Assembly (NCBI GenBank): GCA_964527425.1
Contig: CAZGOA010000002.1
Coordinates: 73,346 to 137,345, forward strand
Direction: 5' to 3'
DNA length: 64,000 nucleotides
Source of the DNA: an uncultured Gammaproteobacteria bacterium
GTDB taxonomy: Bacteria; Patescibacteriota; Microgenomatia; UBA10105; UBA927
The notes below the pieces were generated by a model, which was not told the DNA's origin, made no database searches, and was given only the letters and a program-made list of their open reading frames with translations. Below are positions 55,907 through 64,000 of the stretch, piece by piece. Position 1 is the first letter of the stretch. The number at the start of each line of letters is the position of its first letter. The translations under genes and the position numbers were made by a program.

Positions 55907-56980
55907 ATGTATATACTTTATGCATTTCTTCTTTCATCATTAATTACTCTGCTATTTACTCCTCTTGCTATTATTGTTGCAAAAAAATATAAGCTGCTTG
56001 ATAATCCCAAAACTCGTTATCATCCTGCAAGGACCCACATTGGTACTATCCCAAGAGCGGGTGGACTCTCTATCTGTTTCGGTTTACTTCTAACAATGAT
56101 GATATTCCTTCCATGGAACACGATTACGATGAGTCTTATTATCGGGTGTATTATATTAACTATTGTTGGATTATTTGACGACAAAAAAGATGTTTCTCCA
56201 AAAATACGATTACTAACAAATGCATTTGTTGTATTCTTAATACTAGCCTCAGGTGTATCAATTCCATATATCACTAATCCCTTTAATGAAGGTGTTATTT
56301 ATTTAAATACCTGGACCATAACCATAGGAATGTTTACTTTTTCTCCGATCGCTTTTATAGCTGCGTTTATATGGCTTTACTGGACTATGAATGTTGTTGG
56401 CTGGTCAGCTGGGGTTGATGGACAACTACCTGGAGTGGTTGTAATAGCGGCAACGGTATTAGGAATACTTTCGTTACGATATAGTGCAATCGATGCGAGC
56501 CAAATTCATGTAACAATATTATCTGCTATAGTGGCTGGAAGTTTTTTAGGCTTTCTTCCATGGAATTTTTATCCACAAAAAATAATGCCAGGATATAGTG
56601 GAAAAACGCTTGCCGGATTTTTACTTGGAATCTTAGGAATATTATCTTACGCAAAATTAGGAACTGCTCTCTTAGTACTCGGTATTCCTATGATTGATGC
56701 TTTATTTACACTGAGTAGACGGTTGTTATTAGGTAAGTCTCCTATTTGGGCAGATAGGGGCCACCTTCATCATCATTTACTAAACCTCGGATGGAGTAAA
56801 AGAACTATCGCCTTGTTCTACTATAGCATCTCGGCTATACTTGGCCTTGTAGCACTTACCGTTTCATCAAAAGAAAAAATCGTTTTTTTTCTGATTTTAG
56901 CTTTTGTCTTAGGTGCTTTTCTTATATGGGTAAATTGGGCATGGCAATCCTTAAAGCAGCCAGACCAAGACAATGGCTGA
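55907..56980 (+). CDS. MraY/WecA/TagO-family polyprenyl-phosphate HexNAc-1-P transferase
   Basis: PRAGG, GLFDD, GVDG, FLPWNFYP.KI, DRGHLHH (WecA/TagO-type His motif). Confidence 0.9.
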   Translation: MYILYAFLLSSLITLLFTPLAIIVAKKYKLLDNPKTRYHPARTHIGTIPRAGGLSICFGLLLTMMIFLPWNTITMSLIIGCIILTIVGLFDDKKDVSPKIRLLTNAFVVFLILASGVSIPYITNPFNEGVIYLNTWTITIGMFTFSPIAFIAAFIWLYWTMNVVGWSAGVDGQLPGVVVIAATVLGILSLRYSAIDASQIHVTILSAIVAGSFLGFLPWNFYPQKIMPGYSGKTLAGFLLGILGILSYAKLGTALLVLGIPMIDALFTLSRRLLLGKSPIWADRGHLHHHLLNLGWSKRTIALFYYSISAILGLVALTVSSKEKIVFFLILAFVLGAFLIWVNWAWQSLKQPDQDNG

Positions 56981-57864
56981 AAAACTTTGCACTATTCTCC
57001 ACTATTTTTTTTACTGGACATTTATTTGAATTTACTCCAATTATTCAGACACTTTCTGCTTTTGCAGCATTTTGTTTTTTAGCTTCATCGAATTATATTT
57101 TTAATGATATTCTCGATATACATCGAGATAGAAAACATCCTTTCAAAAAATTTAGACCTATTGCAAGCGGTGCTCTTCCAATATCAATGGCATGGGTTAC
57201 TTCTATTATTTTTCTCTTAATTGGACTAGGCATCAGTGCATCCTTAGGTCAAATGTTTTTTATAATGGCTGCACTTTTTTCTATTCTAGAATATTCATAT
57301 TCATTATACTTAAAACATATTAGTGTTATCGATATTTTAACTATTACACTCGCATATTTTCTTCGAGTATACGCGGGAGAAGCTGCTACCGGTTATCATA
57401 TTTCTATATGGCTTGCACTTGCTGTTTTATGTTTAGCACTGTTTCTAGCAATTGGAAAACGACGTGCAGAACTAACACTGATACAAGGATTTGAAGGGAT
57501 TATTCCTCGTGATACTAGAGAGACGTTATCCAATTACTCAGAAAAATTACTGGATACATATACTGCTATGTTTGCGAACTCTACCTTTTTATCGTATGCC
57601 ATGTTTACATTTGTTACGCAAACCTCTCATAGGGGATTTCTATTCACAACTAGCTCAGATTTTGGGATTGAAGTACCTGATAGAAAATGGATGATGTTAA
57701 CGATTCCTTTTGTACTATATGGAATAATGCGCTATATGCAATTAATTTATGAAGGGAAGGGTGAATCTCCAGAAAAACTTGTAACTTCAGATACACCGTT
57801 ACTAATTACTATAGTTTTGTGGGCTTGTAGCACATTCACGATCTTATACATTATTGGTGGTTAA
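56926..57864 (+). CDS. UbiA-family decaprenyl-phosphate phosphoribosyltransferase-like protein
   Basis: RPRQWLKN, NDILD...DRKHP.KK.RPIASG, LAIGKRRAEL, GIMRY, GESPE; start may be 56941. Confidence 0.85.
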   Translation: MGKLGMAILKAARPRQWLKNFALFSTIFFTGHLFEFTPIIQTLSAFAAFCFLASSNYIFNDILDIHRDRKHPFKKFRPIASGALPISMAWVTSIIFLLIGLGISASLGQMFFIMAALFSILEYSYSLYLKHISVIDILTITLAYFLRVYAGEAATGYHISIWLALAVLCLALFLAIGKRRAELTLIQGFEGIIPRDTRETLSNYSEKLLDTYTAMFANSTFLSYAMFTFVTQTSHRGFLFTTSSDFGIEVPDRKWMMLTIPFVLYGIMRYMQLIYEGKGESPEKLVTSDTPLLITIVLWACSTFTILYIIGG

Positions 57865-57877
57865 TGTTTCTTAAGCG

Positions 57878-58813
57878 CTATTCGATTTCTTCTGCATACT
57901 GAGAACTAATCCATCCTTGTTGTTGTTCAAATGTAATCTGATACCATGTCCCTTGTGTAGATACTACATCATACTCTTGACCAGGAGTTGCTCTCCCGAT
58001 TTCTGCAGAAGCAGTCGTTGGTTCTTTTCTTACTCTCAAAAACCCTACAGGAGTATCCGTAATCCGTACTCTCGATGGAGTTTCTGATGTTGATGGTATT
58101 GTTGGTTTAATGGTTGGCTTAATGGTAGGTTTTATAGCTGGTGTTGATTGAGCTACCTGTTGTGAAGGTGTTGGTTGTATAGAGGACGATGGTGTTGATT
58201 CTTGAATTTCAAATAACGTTGGTGAAGCAATTTGACTTGGAGATAATGCAAGAGAAGCAGAAATAATAGCTTTATATCCAGATGTTAATTTTACTTTGAC
58301 AGTTCTTGGTTCAAATCCAGGCGAGTTAATAACAACAGCATGATCTCCTTCAGATATATCAATTAAAGAGAGAGGTGTAACGCCTCTAGCCTGATCATCT
58401 ATTATGACATTTGCTCCATCTGGAACTGATATTATTGAAAGTTCTGCTTTATTACTGGTAGTCTTCTCTAACCAAAGTTGTTCTCCAGCAGACGTTAACT
58501 CTGATTCAGATAAATCTCGATTAATATATGTTAATGTGTTTCCTCCTATTTTCACCCTTCCCTGCCAGGATGTTAAAGGCACTGTTGAAGTTTCTGGTAC
58601 CAATCGAATTGAATATTCGCCAACATCTACTTTCTGTTCAAGTGGAGTTTTACCAATATCTCTATTTTCTAACAACACTCTTGCAGCTGTATTACTGGAA
58701 ACTTTCAATACACCTTGTCTATTGCTTCTTCCTAAAACAATATACCGTATACTTAGTACTAAAATTACAATTAAAACGATAAAAATAACAAAAAAAACTA
58801 TTTTACGCCTCAT
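57878..58813 (-). CDS. Membrane-anchored protein with two PEGA domains and a C-terminal SH3b domain
   Basis: IGKTPL and GVTPL PEGA repeats, IKPT repeats, LRVRKEP...WYQI...GWISSQY. Confidence 0.85.
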   Translation of the reverse strand: MRRKIVFFVIFIVLIVILVLSIRYIVLGRSNRQGVLKVSSNTAARVLLENRDIGKTPLEQKVDVGEYSIRLVPETSTVPLTSWQGRVKIGGNTLTYINRDLSESELTSAGEQLWLEKTTSNKAELSIISVPDGANVIIDDQARGVTPLSLIDISEGDHAVVINSPGFEPRTVKVKLTSGYKAIISASLALSPSQIASPTLFEIQESTPSSSIQPTPSQQVAQSTPAIKPTIKPTIKPTIPSTSETPSRVRITDTPVGFLRVRKEPTTASAEIGRATPGQEYDVVSTQGTWYQITFEQQQGWISSQYAEEIE

Positions 58814-58896
58814 GATACTGTTAATGGTAACATCGATATCTACTTCATTCAATGTATATCCACTATAATAAGGATACAATATAAACTATTCATATT

Positions 58897-59667
58897 ATGG
58901 AATTGTGGCAAGCAATACTACTGGGGTTAATTGAAGGAATTACAGAATTCCTCCCAATTTCTTCAACCGGACATATAATTTTAACAAGTCACATTTTAGG
59001 ACTAAAACACACACTATTCTTATCATCATTTGAAATTATTATTCAATTAGGTGCAATATTGGCAGTACTTCTTTATTATAGTAAGAGACTATTACTCAAC
59101 GTAAAAACAGCAATATTCCTCATCATATCGTTTACACCTACAGCTTTGGTAGGGATTATACTTTATAGACCCATTAAGCAGATACTATTAGGTAACGTAC
59201 CAATCACTATTACGTCTCTAATAGTAGGTGGAGTGTTATTTTGGATGCTAGAGATTTATATTAAAAACAAAAATAATACGTATCAGATTAAAGATATGAA
59301 ACCTATTCAAGCATTCATTATTGGTATTGGCCAGTCAGTTTCAATTATTCCGGGAGTTTCTCGTTCAGCAGCTTCAATGTTTACGGGTATGCTTACCGGT
59401 CTTACAAGAAAAGAAGCAGTTGAATATTCTTTTCTACTTGCAATTCCAACCATACTTGCCGCAAGTGGTTATGACCTCATTAAAATGTCGTATCAGTTTT
59501 CTAGAAATGAATACATGTTGTTATTTGCAGGGTTATTTACAGCATTCATATCATCACTAATTACCCTTCAATGGTTTTTACGCTTTATTAGCACTCACTC
59601 ATTCATTCCCTTTGCTATCTATAGAATAGTATTAGGATTGATCTTTATATTAGTGTGGTTACTCTAA
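58897..59667 (+). CDS. uppP: Undecaprenyl-diphosphatase
   Basis: EGITEFLPISSTGH, IQLGAILAV, PGVSRS. Confidence 0.96.
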   Translation: MELWQAILLGLIEGITEFLPISSTGHIILTSHILGLKHTLFLSSFEIIIQLGAILAVLLYYSKRLLLNVKTAIFLIISFTPTALVGIILYRPIKQILLGNVPITITSLIVGGVLFWMLEIYIKNKNNTYQIKDMKPIQAFIIGIGQSVSIIPGVSRSAASMFTGMLTGLTRKEAVEYSFLLAIPTILAASGYDLIKMSYQFSRNEYMLLFAGLFTAFISSLITLQWFLRFISTHSFIPFAIYRIVLGLIFILVWLL

Positions 59668-60555
59668 TTAAGATCCAACTGCATAGAGAATATCTCCTTT
59701 TTTAACCCAACCTCCTTTATGTCGCCATAAAAACGTCCCATTCCCCGTAGAAGAAATCCTACTATTACGAGTAGAAAGTAAAGACGAAAAAACCCCCAGG
59801 ATATCATTTTTCTGTATATAGCTATCTTTCTGATACAATTGCCATATTCCATATTCTGGAGCAGTATAATAATGAATTTTTGTTAATAACTTTTCACTAG
59901 TGATTGTTTGTTGACCCCAATTATTTATTAATGCATTAACCCAGCGAATATGCTCATTAACATCAATATCTTCTGCAGTACCTAGCTGACCACATTCTAA
60001 AACAAGATAGACGATTCTGTCTTGCGCTATAGTTTTTACTTTTTCCCAAGGTGCAAAAACTTTTGTTACTGACTGGATAGAATGCAATAAATGAATCGCC
60101 TTCTGTTGTAGTACTTTATCACCATAAGGAAATGCCCAAATGAATGGTGACAATTCTTCAGCATTACTGCCACCATGTAAATCCAACCACAGATCTATCT
60201 GATTGTTAATACTATTAAATATATGAAATATTATTTTCTCTGAGTGAGTTCCTTCTTTCTTTCCTGGATAAATATGTTTGAGAAATTTATTATCTAGAGG
60301 ATTGTAACTCAATCCAACAGCATGACCATGGATGTTTACTCTCGGGAATATAATCCTCCTACCTTTCCAGGTGTCATCATCAAGGAACTGTTTACTTAAC
60401 CGCCAAGCCGCTTCTTGTCCAGCATATTCATCTCCATCCATCCCAGCTGTAATAAGAATTACTGGTCCATCGCCTCGCTGAATATCTACATACGGAAGTT
60501 CAACAGTGTTATCGATATGTAAGACACGTACTTCCGTAATAGGCACATTAATCAT
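59668..60555 (-). CDS. Succinylglutamate desuccinylase/aspartoacylase (M14) family protein
   Basis: ITAGMDGDE.AG, P.VN, YPG..EG, LDLHGG, ECG, C-terminal barrel-sandwich-like segment. Confidence 0.75.
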   Translation of the reverse strand: MINVPITEVRVLHIDNTVELPYVDIQRGDGPVILITAGMDGDEYAGQEAAWRLSKQFLDDDTWKGRRIIFPRVNIHGHAVGLSYNPLDNKFLKHIYPGKKEGTHSEKIIFHIFNSINNQIDLWLDLHGGSNAEELSPFIWAFPYGDKVLQQKAIHLLHSIQSVTKVFAPWEKVKTIAQDRIVYLVLECGQLGTAEDIDVNEHIRWVNALINNWGQQTITSEKLLTKIHYYTAPEYGIWQLYQKDSYIQKNDILGVFSSLLSTRNSRISSTGNGTFLWRHKGGWVKKGDILYAVGS

Positions 60556-60634
60556 ATGGTTTTATACAGGTAAAGATTACTTATAAGAATCTAACTACAG
60601 TATATCTCTACGATGTATAATAGAGAATCTACTC

Positions 60635-62119
60635 ATGAATAACGATAAAGATAACATCATAGAACAAACAAAACTGGACCTGCTGGATGACTTAGAATTG
60701 GTAGAATATCTTCTCAAAGATCGTCAGCAAATTCTCGAAACGAAAAAAAATATACTTAGTAGTACTATTCATACTAAAGAACTTCTTACTCTGATACTAA
60801 CCCACCTTAATACAATTAATAATGAATCAAAAAAACTAAGTATCTCTATTACTAATGCACAATCCCAGGCTGAATTATACGCAGCTTGTGATCAAGTAGG
60901 TATTCTCTATAATCAAATACGACAGCAGATGAGTTCTATTGCTACATTAGCATTAGCAACTGATTGGCAATCACCTTCATTTTCAGCTTCTCTTACCCAA
61001 CAAGCAGGTTCACAAGAAGGCATGATTTATCAGTCAATTAACGATTATAAGAGAGACCAGCATCATGATGCAAAAAATTACGAAAAAAAATTCAGGAAAC
61101 AATATATCCGCTACCCTTTTATAAATCCGGTAAGAATTTTTGCTGTTAATTCTGGTATGGCTGCATTAACTACAATTATTAGTTTTCTGATAGGTCAAGA
61201 TATTACAAAAAATAGATCAATCGTTGTTGGAGCTCATTCATATTTTGAAAATAAAATACTGTTAAAGCGTTTTTTTCTCTCTCAATATAAAGAAGTCAGT
61301 GAATATGATCTTGAACGTATTAAAGAAATCGCTCTAAAAGAGAAGCCAGCAGTATGGTTTTTTGATTCTCTATGTAACGATCAAACGGTACTTATTCCAC
61401 CACTTAATCAAATAATCCCACTCCTTCATAGTATTAAAAATTATCATCCTTACATTGTGGTCGACAATACAGGTTTATCTATAACATATCAACCATTTTC
61501 AAACATCTCTTTTACTCCTAAGCAACTTATTGTATGGGAATCACTACTTAAGCACCATCAATTCGGCTTAGATCGAGTAAATGGAGGAATTATTTATGCC
61601 TCATGTACAAATGCATCTGAATTATACACGTATCGTGACCATGGAGGCACAAATATTTCCGATTTACAAGTGTTATCTCTACCCACACCAAATAAAAAAA
61701 TACTCTTAAAAAGACTGCAGCGACATCAAAGAAACCATATGCTGTTAGTAAATTCATTACATACTCTACTTAATAATCTTCCAAATTTATCAGTAGATTC
61801 TGTAATATCCCCTCATTTACAAGATCTCACGCAAACTTCTTATAAAGGAACGGTTTGTACCCTACAATTCACCCCACCTTATAGATCTGTAAAGGGATAC
61901 AACCGGTTCCTTAATACTATTTTATCAACTGCTAAACAGCACAATGTTAATATCGTTGCTGGTACAAGTTTTGGATTACCTACAACCCGGATTTATATTC
62001 CTGCTTCAAGAAAAGGACAAGGTATACCTTTTTTTCGTATCGCTGTAGGAACAGAACCCTATCTGATCGCTAATACAGTAAGCCACGTATTTAAAGAAGT
62101 AATTTCGAATTATACATAA
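60635..62119 (+). CDS. PLP-dependent Cys/Met-metabolism family enzyme with helical N-terminal extension
   Basis: NSGMAAL, YFE, VVDNT, ESLLK (PLP lysine), GTSFG, FRIAVGTE. Confidence 0.8.
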   Translation: MNNDKDNIIEQTKLDLLDDLELVEYLLKDRQQILETKKNILSSTIHTKELLTLILTHLNTINNESKKLSISITNAQSQAELYAACDQVGILYNQIRQQMSSIATLALATDWQSPSFSASLTQQAGSQEGMIYQSINDYKRDQHHDAKNYEKKFRKQYIRYPFINPVRIFAVNSGMAALTTIISFLIGQDITKNRSIVVGAHSYFENKILLKRFFLSQYKEVSEYDLERIKEIALKEKPAVWFFDSLCNDQTVLIPPLNQIIPLLHSIKNYHPYIVVDNTGLSITYQPFSNISFTPKQLIVWESLLKHHQFGLDRVNGGIIYASCTNASELYTYRDHGGTNISDLQVLSLPTPNKKILLKRLQRHQRNHMLLVNSLHTLLNNLPNLSVDSVISPHLQDLTQTSYKGTVCTLQFTPPYRSVKGYNRFLNTILSTAKQHNVNIVAGTSFGLPTTRIYIPASRKGQGIPFFRIAVGTEPYLIANTVSHVFKEVISNYT

Positions 62120-62172
62120 TTCTTCTCTTTTCTTGACTTCAATTCTTACTATCAAGTATTCTCCCTAGGCAC

Positions 62173-63504
62173 ATGGTATTATATTTACATTTATTCTTAT
62201 TATTCCTCCTTCAAAGCATACTTATTATTACACGTCCAATTTACTTCTATCCCGAAATGTATTTACTTCCCTGGATAACATCATTTGGGAATATCCCGTA
62301 TGTTAATTTCCTAGATCATCATGGATTTTTACTCAATATAATATTGGCACCTTTCTCAAGAGACCAGAGTTTTACGGCATTGCAAATAATTTTTCTTTTT
62401 TTTCAAACAGTAAATCTCGTTTGTATACTCTATATTCTAAAAGCATTCCTGCCCCGGATTATTAGTATTCTTTTTGGACTATTTTACATAACATTAAATT
62501 TCTTCTTCGTTGAAAATATCTTATGGTATGAAACAATTATTACCTCATGTTTTTTGCTCATCTATATTGCTATCCGTATAAATCATTCTTTCAAACGAAA
62601 TATTCTTATTGGTCTCATTACCGCTACAGCAAGTTTTATAAAACCAAATGCATTACTTATTATCTTGCCTTTACTCGTTTTAAAAAAATCAATGTATATA
62701 CTAATAACAATTTTCCTGTTATGGATATTTGTGATACTGTTCTATATCTCTATCGGAGGATTTGATTCATTCTATTTAGGACTCTTTACCTACAATAAAT
62801 ATTTATTCGAAGAATATTCTGGGTTACCACTTTCCCATGTAAAATTTTATCTCGTTCTTCTCATAACTCTTATACTCGGGGTTTGTTTAACAAACTGGAA
62901 TAACAAAACAAAATATGTATTCTATTCACTCTCATTTTTATTTATATCACTTATTTTTTTAGGAATGGGTTACGGAAAAGAACATATGGTACCTTTAAGC
63001 ACGTTTTATGTTATTACTTTGGCTCATCTTTGGTCCATGAGCACTTCATATAAAAAACACTTATTACTTTGTATTATTCTACTTACCTTTCTTCTGTCAG
63101 CATTTCAAGTCAAAAGAACATACAGTAGTCTTACGAATAGACCTAGTGTTCAACATGCTCCCTACACCCAACAAGTTTCACATCTTCTTAAACCATATGT
63201 ACATGATATGCCATCTTTGTTTGTAATCAGTCATCAAGTTGAACATTATTACCAATATTATTACTTTGATATTCTTCCACAAACGCAGTATCCAATCGCA
63301 TTTCCTCTTATCGAAAATATTCTGCCGGATTATGAAAAAACTGTTGTGCATGAACTACAATCGAAACATATAGTCTATATTTTAATCGAGCATTCTAAGT
63401 ACAATACGTATCTTACTCGATGGCCTCATCTAATGAGATATATCCAACTATATTATTCTCCGGTGCTCATACAACCCACATTTACGTTATACAAACTGAA
63501 TTAA
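62173..63504 (+). CDS. GT-C-like polytopic membrane protein
   Basis: G.IPY..F.DHH near the N-terminus, IKPN, about 10 TMs, soluble C-domain. Confidence 0.7.
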   Translation: MVLYLHLFLLFLLQSILIITRPIYFYPEMYLLPWITSFGNIPYVNFLDHHGFLLNIILAPFSRDQSFTALQIIFLFFQTVNLVCILYILKAFLPRIISILFGLFYITLNFFFVENILWYETIITSCFLLIYIAIRINHSFKRNILIGLITATASFIKPNALLIILPLLVLKKSMYILITIFLLWIFVILFYISIGGFDSFYLGLFTYNKYLFEEYSGLPLSHVKFYLVLLITLILGVCLTNWNNKTKYVFYSLSFLFISLIFLGMGYGKEHMVPLSTFYVITLAHLWSMSTSYKKHLLLCIILLTFLLSAFQVKRTYSSLTNRPSVQHAPYTQQVSHLLKPYVHDMPSLFVISHQVEHYYQYYYFDILPQTQYPIAFPLIENILPDYEKTVVHELQSKHIVYILIEHSKYNTYLTRWPHLMRYIQLYYSPVLIQPTFTLYKLN

Positions 63505-63728
63505 TTAATTATTCGAGGCATATCTCCTAACACATACAACACTTTTCTTGCCATTTTTATCCTATGGGCTGATTTTAATACTGATTGCTGCATCGTGCTT
63601 TTTGTAGTTATAGCGTCCCACTGCGCACTCATTGAGCTAGTAAATTCTTGTTCAGCTTCTTTTAAACTATTAAATATAGCTTTTGAGTTTACTTTTTTAT
63701 ATTTACTTCTGTAACTATTGTTCTTCAT
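63501..63728 (-). CDS. Hypothetical protein (75 aa)
   Basis: Fills the gap, 4-nt stop overlap with the convergent gene; no recognisable motif. Confidence 0.4.
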   Translation of the reverse strand: MKNNSYRSKYKKVNSKAIFNSLKEAEQEFTSSMSAQWDAITTKSTMQQSVLKSAHRIKMARKVLYVLGDMPRIIN

Positions 63729-63737
63729 ATTAATTAC

Positions 63738-63771
63738 GCAGAAACGCCTCACTATTGTGAGGTGTGTCTGC
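63738..63771 (-). terminator. Stem-loop downstream of the small basic protein gene
   Basis: GCAGA-CAC-ACCTCAC-AATA-GTGAGGC-GTT-TCTGC; no clear U tract. Confidence 0.45.
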
Positions 63772-63788
63772 ATCATTCTAAAAGTAAA

Positions 63789-63965
63789 TTAAACACTAAG
63801 AGAATCGTAAACATCTTTTGAAACAAAGCGAGTTAACGATCGACCATCTTGTGTTTTTCCTTTAACAGCGTACCGTACTTGACCTCTACTGTTATATTCT
63901 TGTTTTTCAGTTACTTCAGTCTCTACATTTTGTCTTGTTTTTACATCATAAAATTTCATTTTCAT
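63789..63965 (-). CDS. Small protein, CC1/DUF5679-like putative nucleic-acid-binding protein (58 aa)
   Basis: Strong SD AAGGGAGGTGA; MKMKFYDVKTRQNVET...RGQVRYAVKGKTQDGRSLTRFVSK. Confidence 0.7.
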   Translation of the reverse strand: MKMKFYDVKTRQNVETEVTEKQEYNSRGQVRYAVKGKTQDGRSLTRFVSKDVYDSLSV

Positions 63966-64000
63966 GCTCAACTCACCTCCCTTCAATACATTCTTGCTTA

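Noticed and set aside
1706-62765. Many short ORFs antisense to or nested in long genes (e.g. 1706-2068, 7530-7829, 14223-14609, 17772-18155, 35554-36021, 58404-58868)
   Set aside because: They lie fully within well-supported genes and have no motifs; best explained as shadow ORFs.

Overview
AT-rich, densely packed bacterial chromosomal segment with no rRNA, tRNA, CRISPR array, transposase or integrase visible. Several core proteins are reduced: IF-2 lacks its N-domain, AlaRS lacks C-Ala, MetRS and HrcA are short, and nusA-infB has no rimP or rbfA. Together with an FtsA/baseplate-J fusion and Pro/Thr-rich surface proteins, this points by inference to a Patescibacteria (CPR), Microgenomates-like organism. 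Contents: housekeeping genes (alaS, ftsK, typA, rnj, pnp, rpsO, infB, nusA, hrcA-grpE-dnaK-dnaJ with a CIRCE, rpsT, pcrA, metG, tatD), a Fur/Zur-ZIP pair, a DNA-repair group (UvrD-nuclease fusion, NUDIX, RmuC) and a large envelope set (sortase, MurJ, LCP, two FemABX, MraY/WecA-like, DPPR-synthase-like UbiA, UppP, GT2, two GT-C, PilN/PilO-like, six surface proteins). Most notable: (1) a candidate surface-display system made of a sortase, substrates ending in EIP(V/T)T(G/A)+TM without a basic tail, and a shared N-terminal TM...x-(Q/R/E)-A motif; (2) a Lon-type AAA+ module with no protease domain and no pore-loop Tyr, lying between pnp and rnj; (3) nine -10 boxes 6-7 nt from ATG, implying leaderless transcription; (4) a GC-rich nested-hairpin element between the two fem genes; (5) a CC1/DUF5679-like small protein. 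Several starts were moved from the ORF track based on motifs and promoter/SD position. All family calls come from motif recognition, not database searches.
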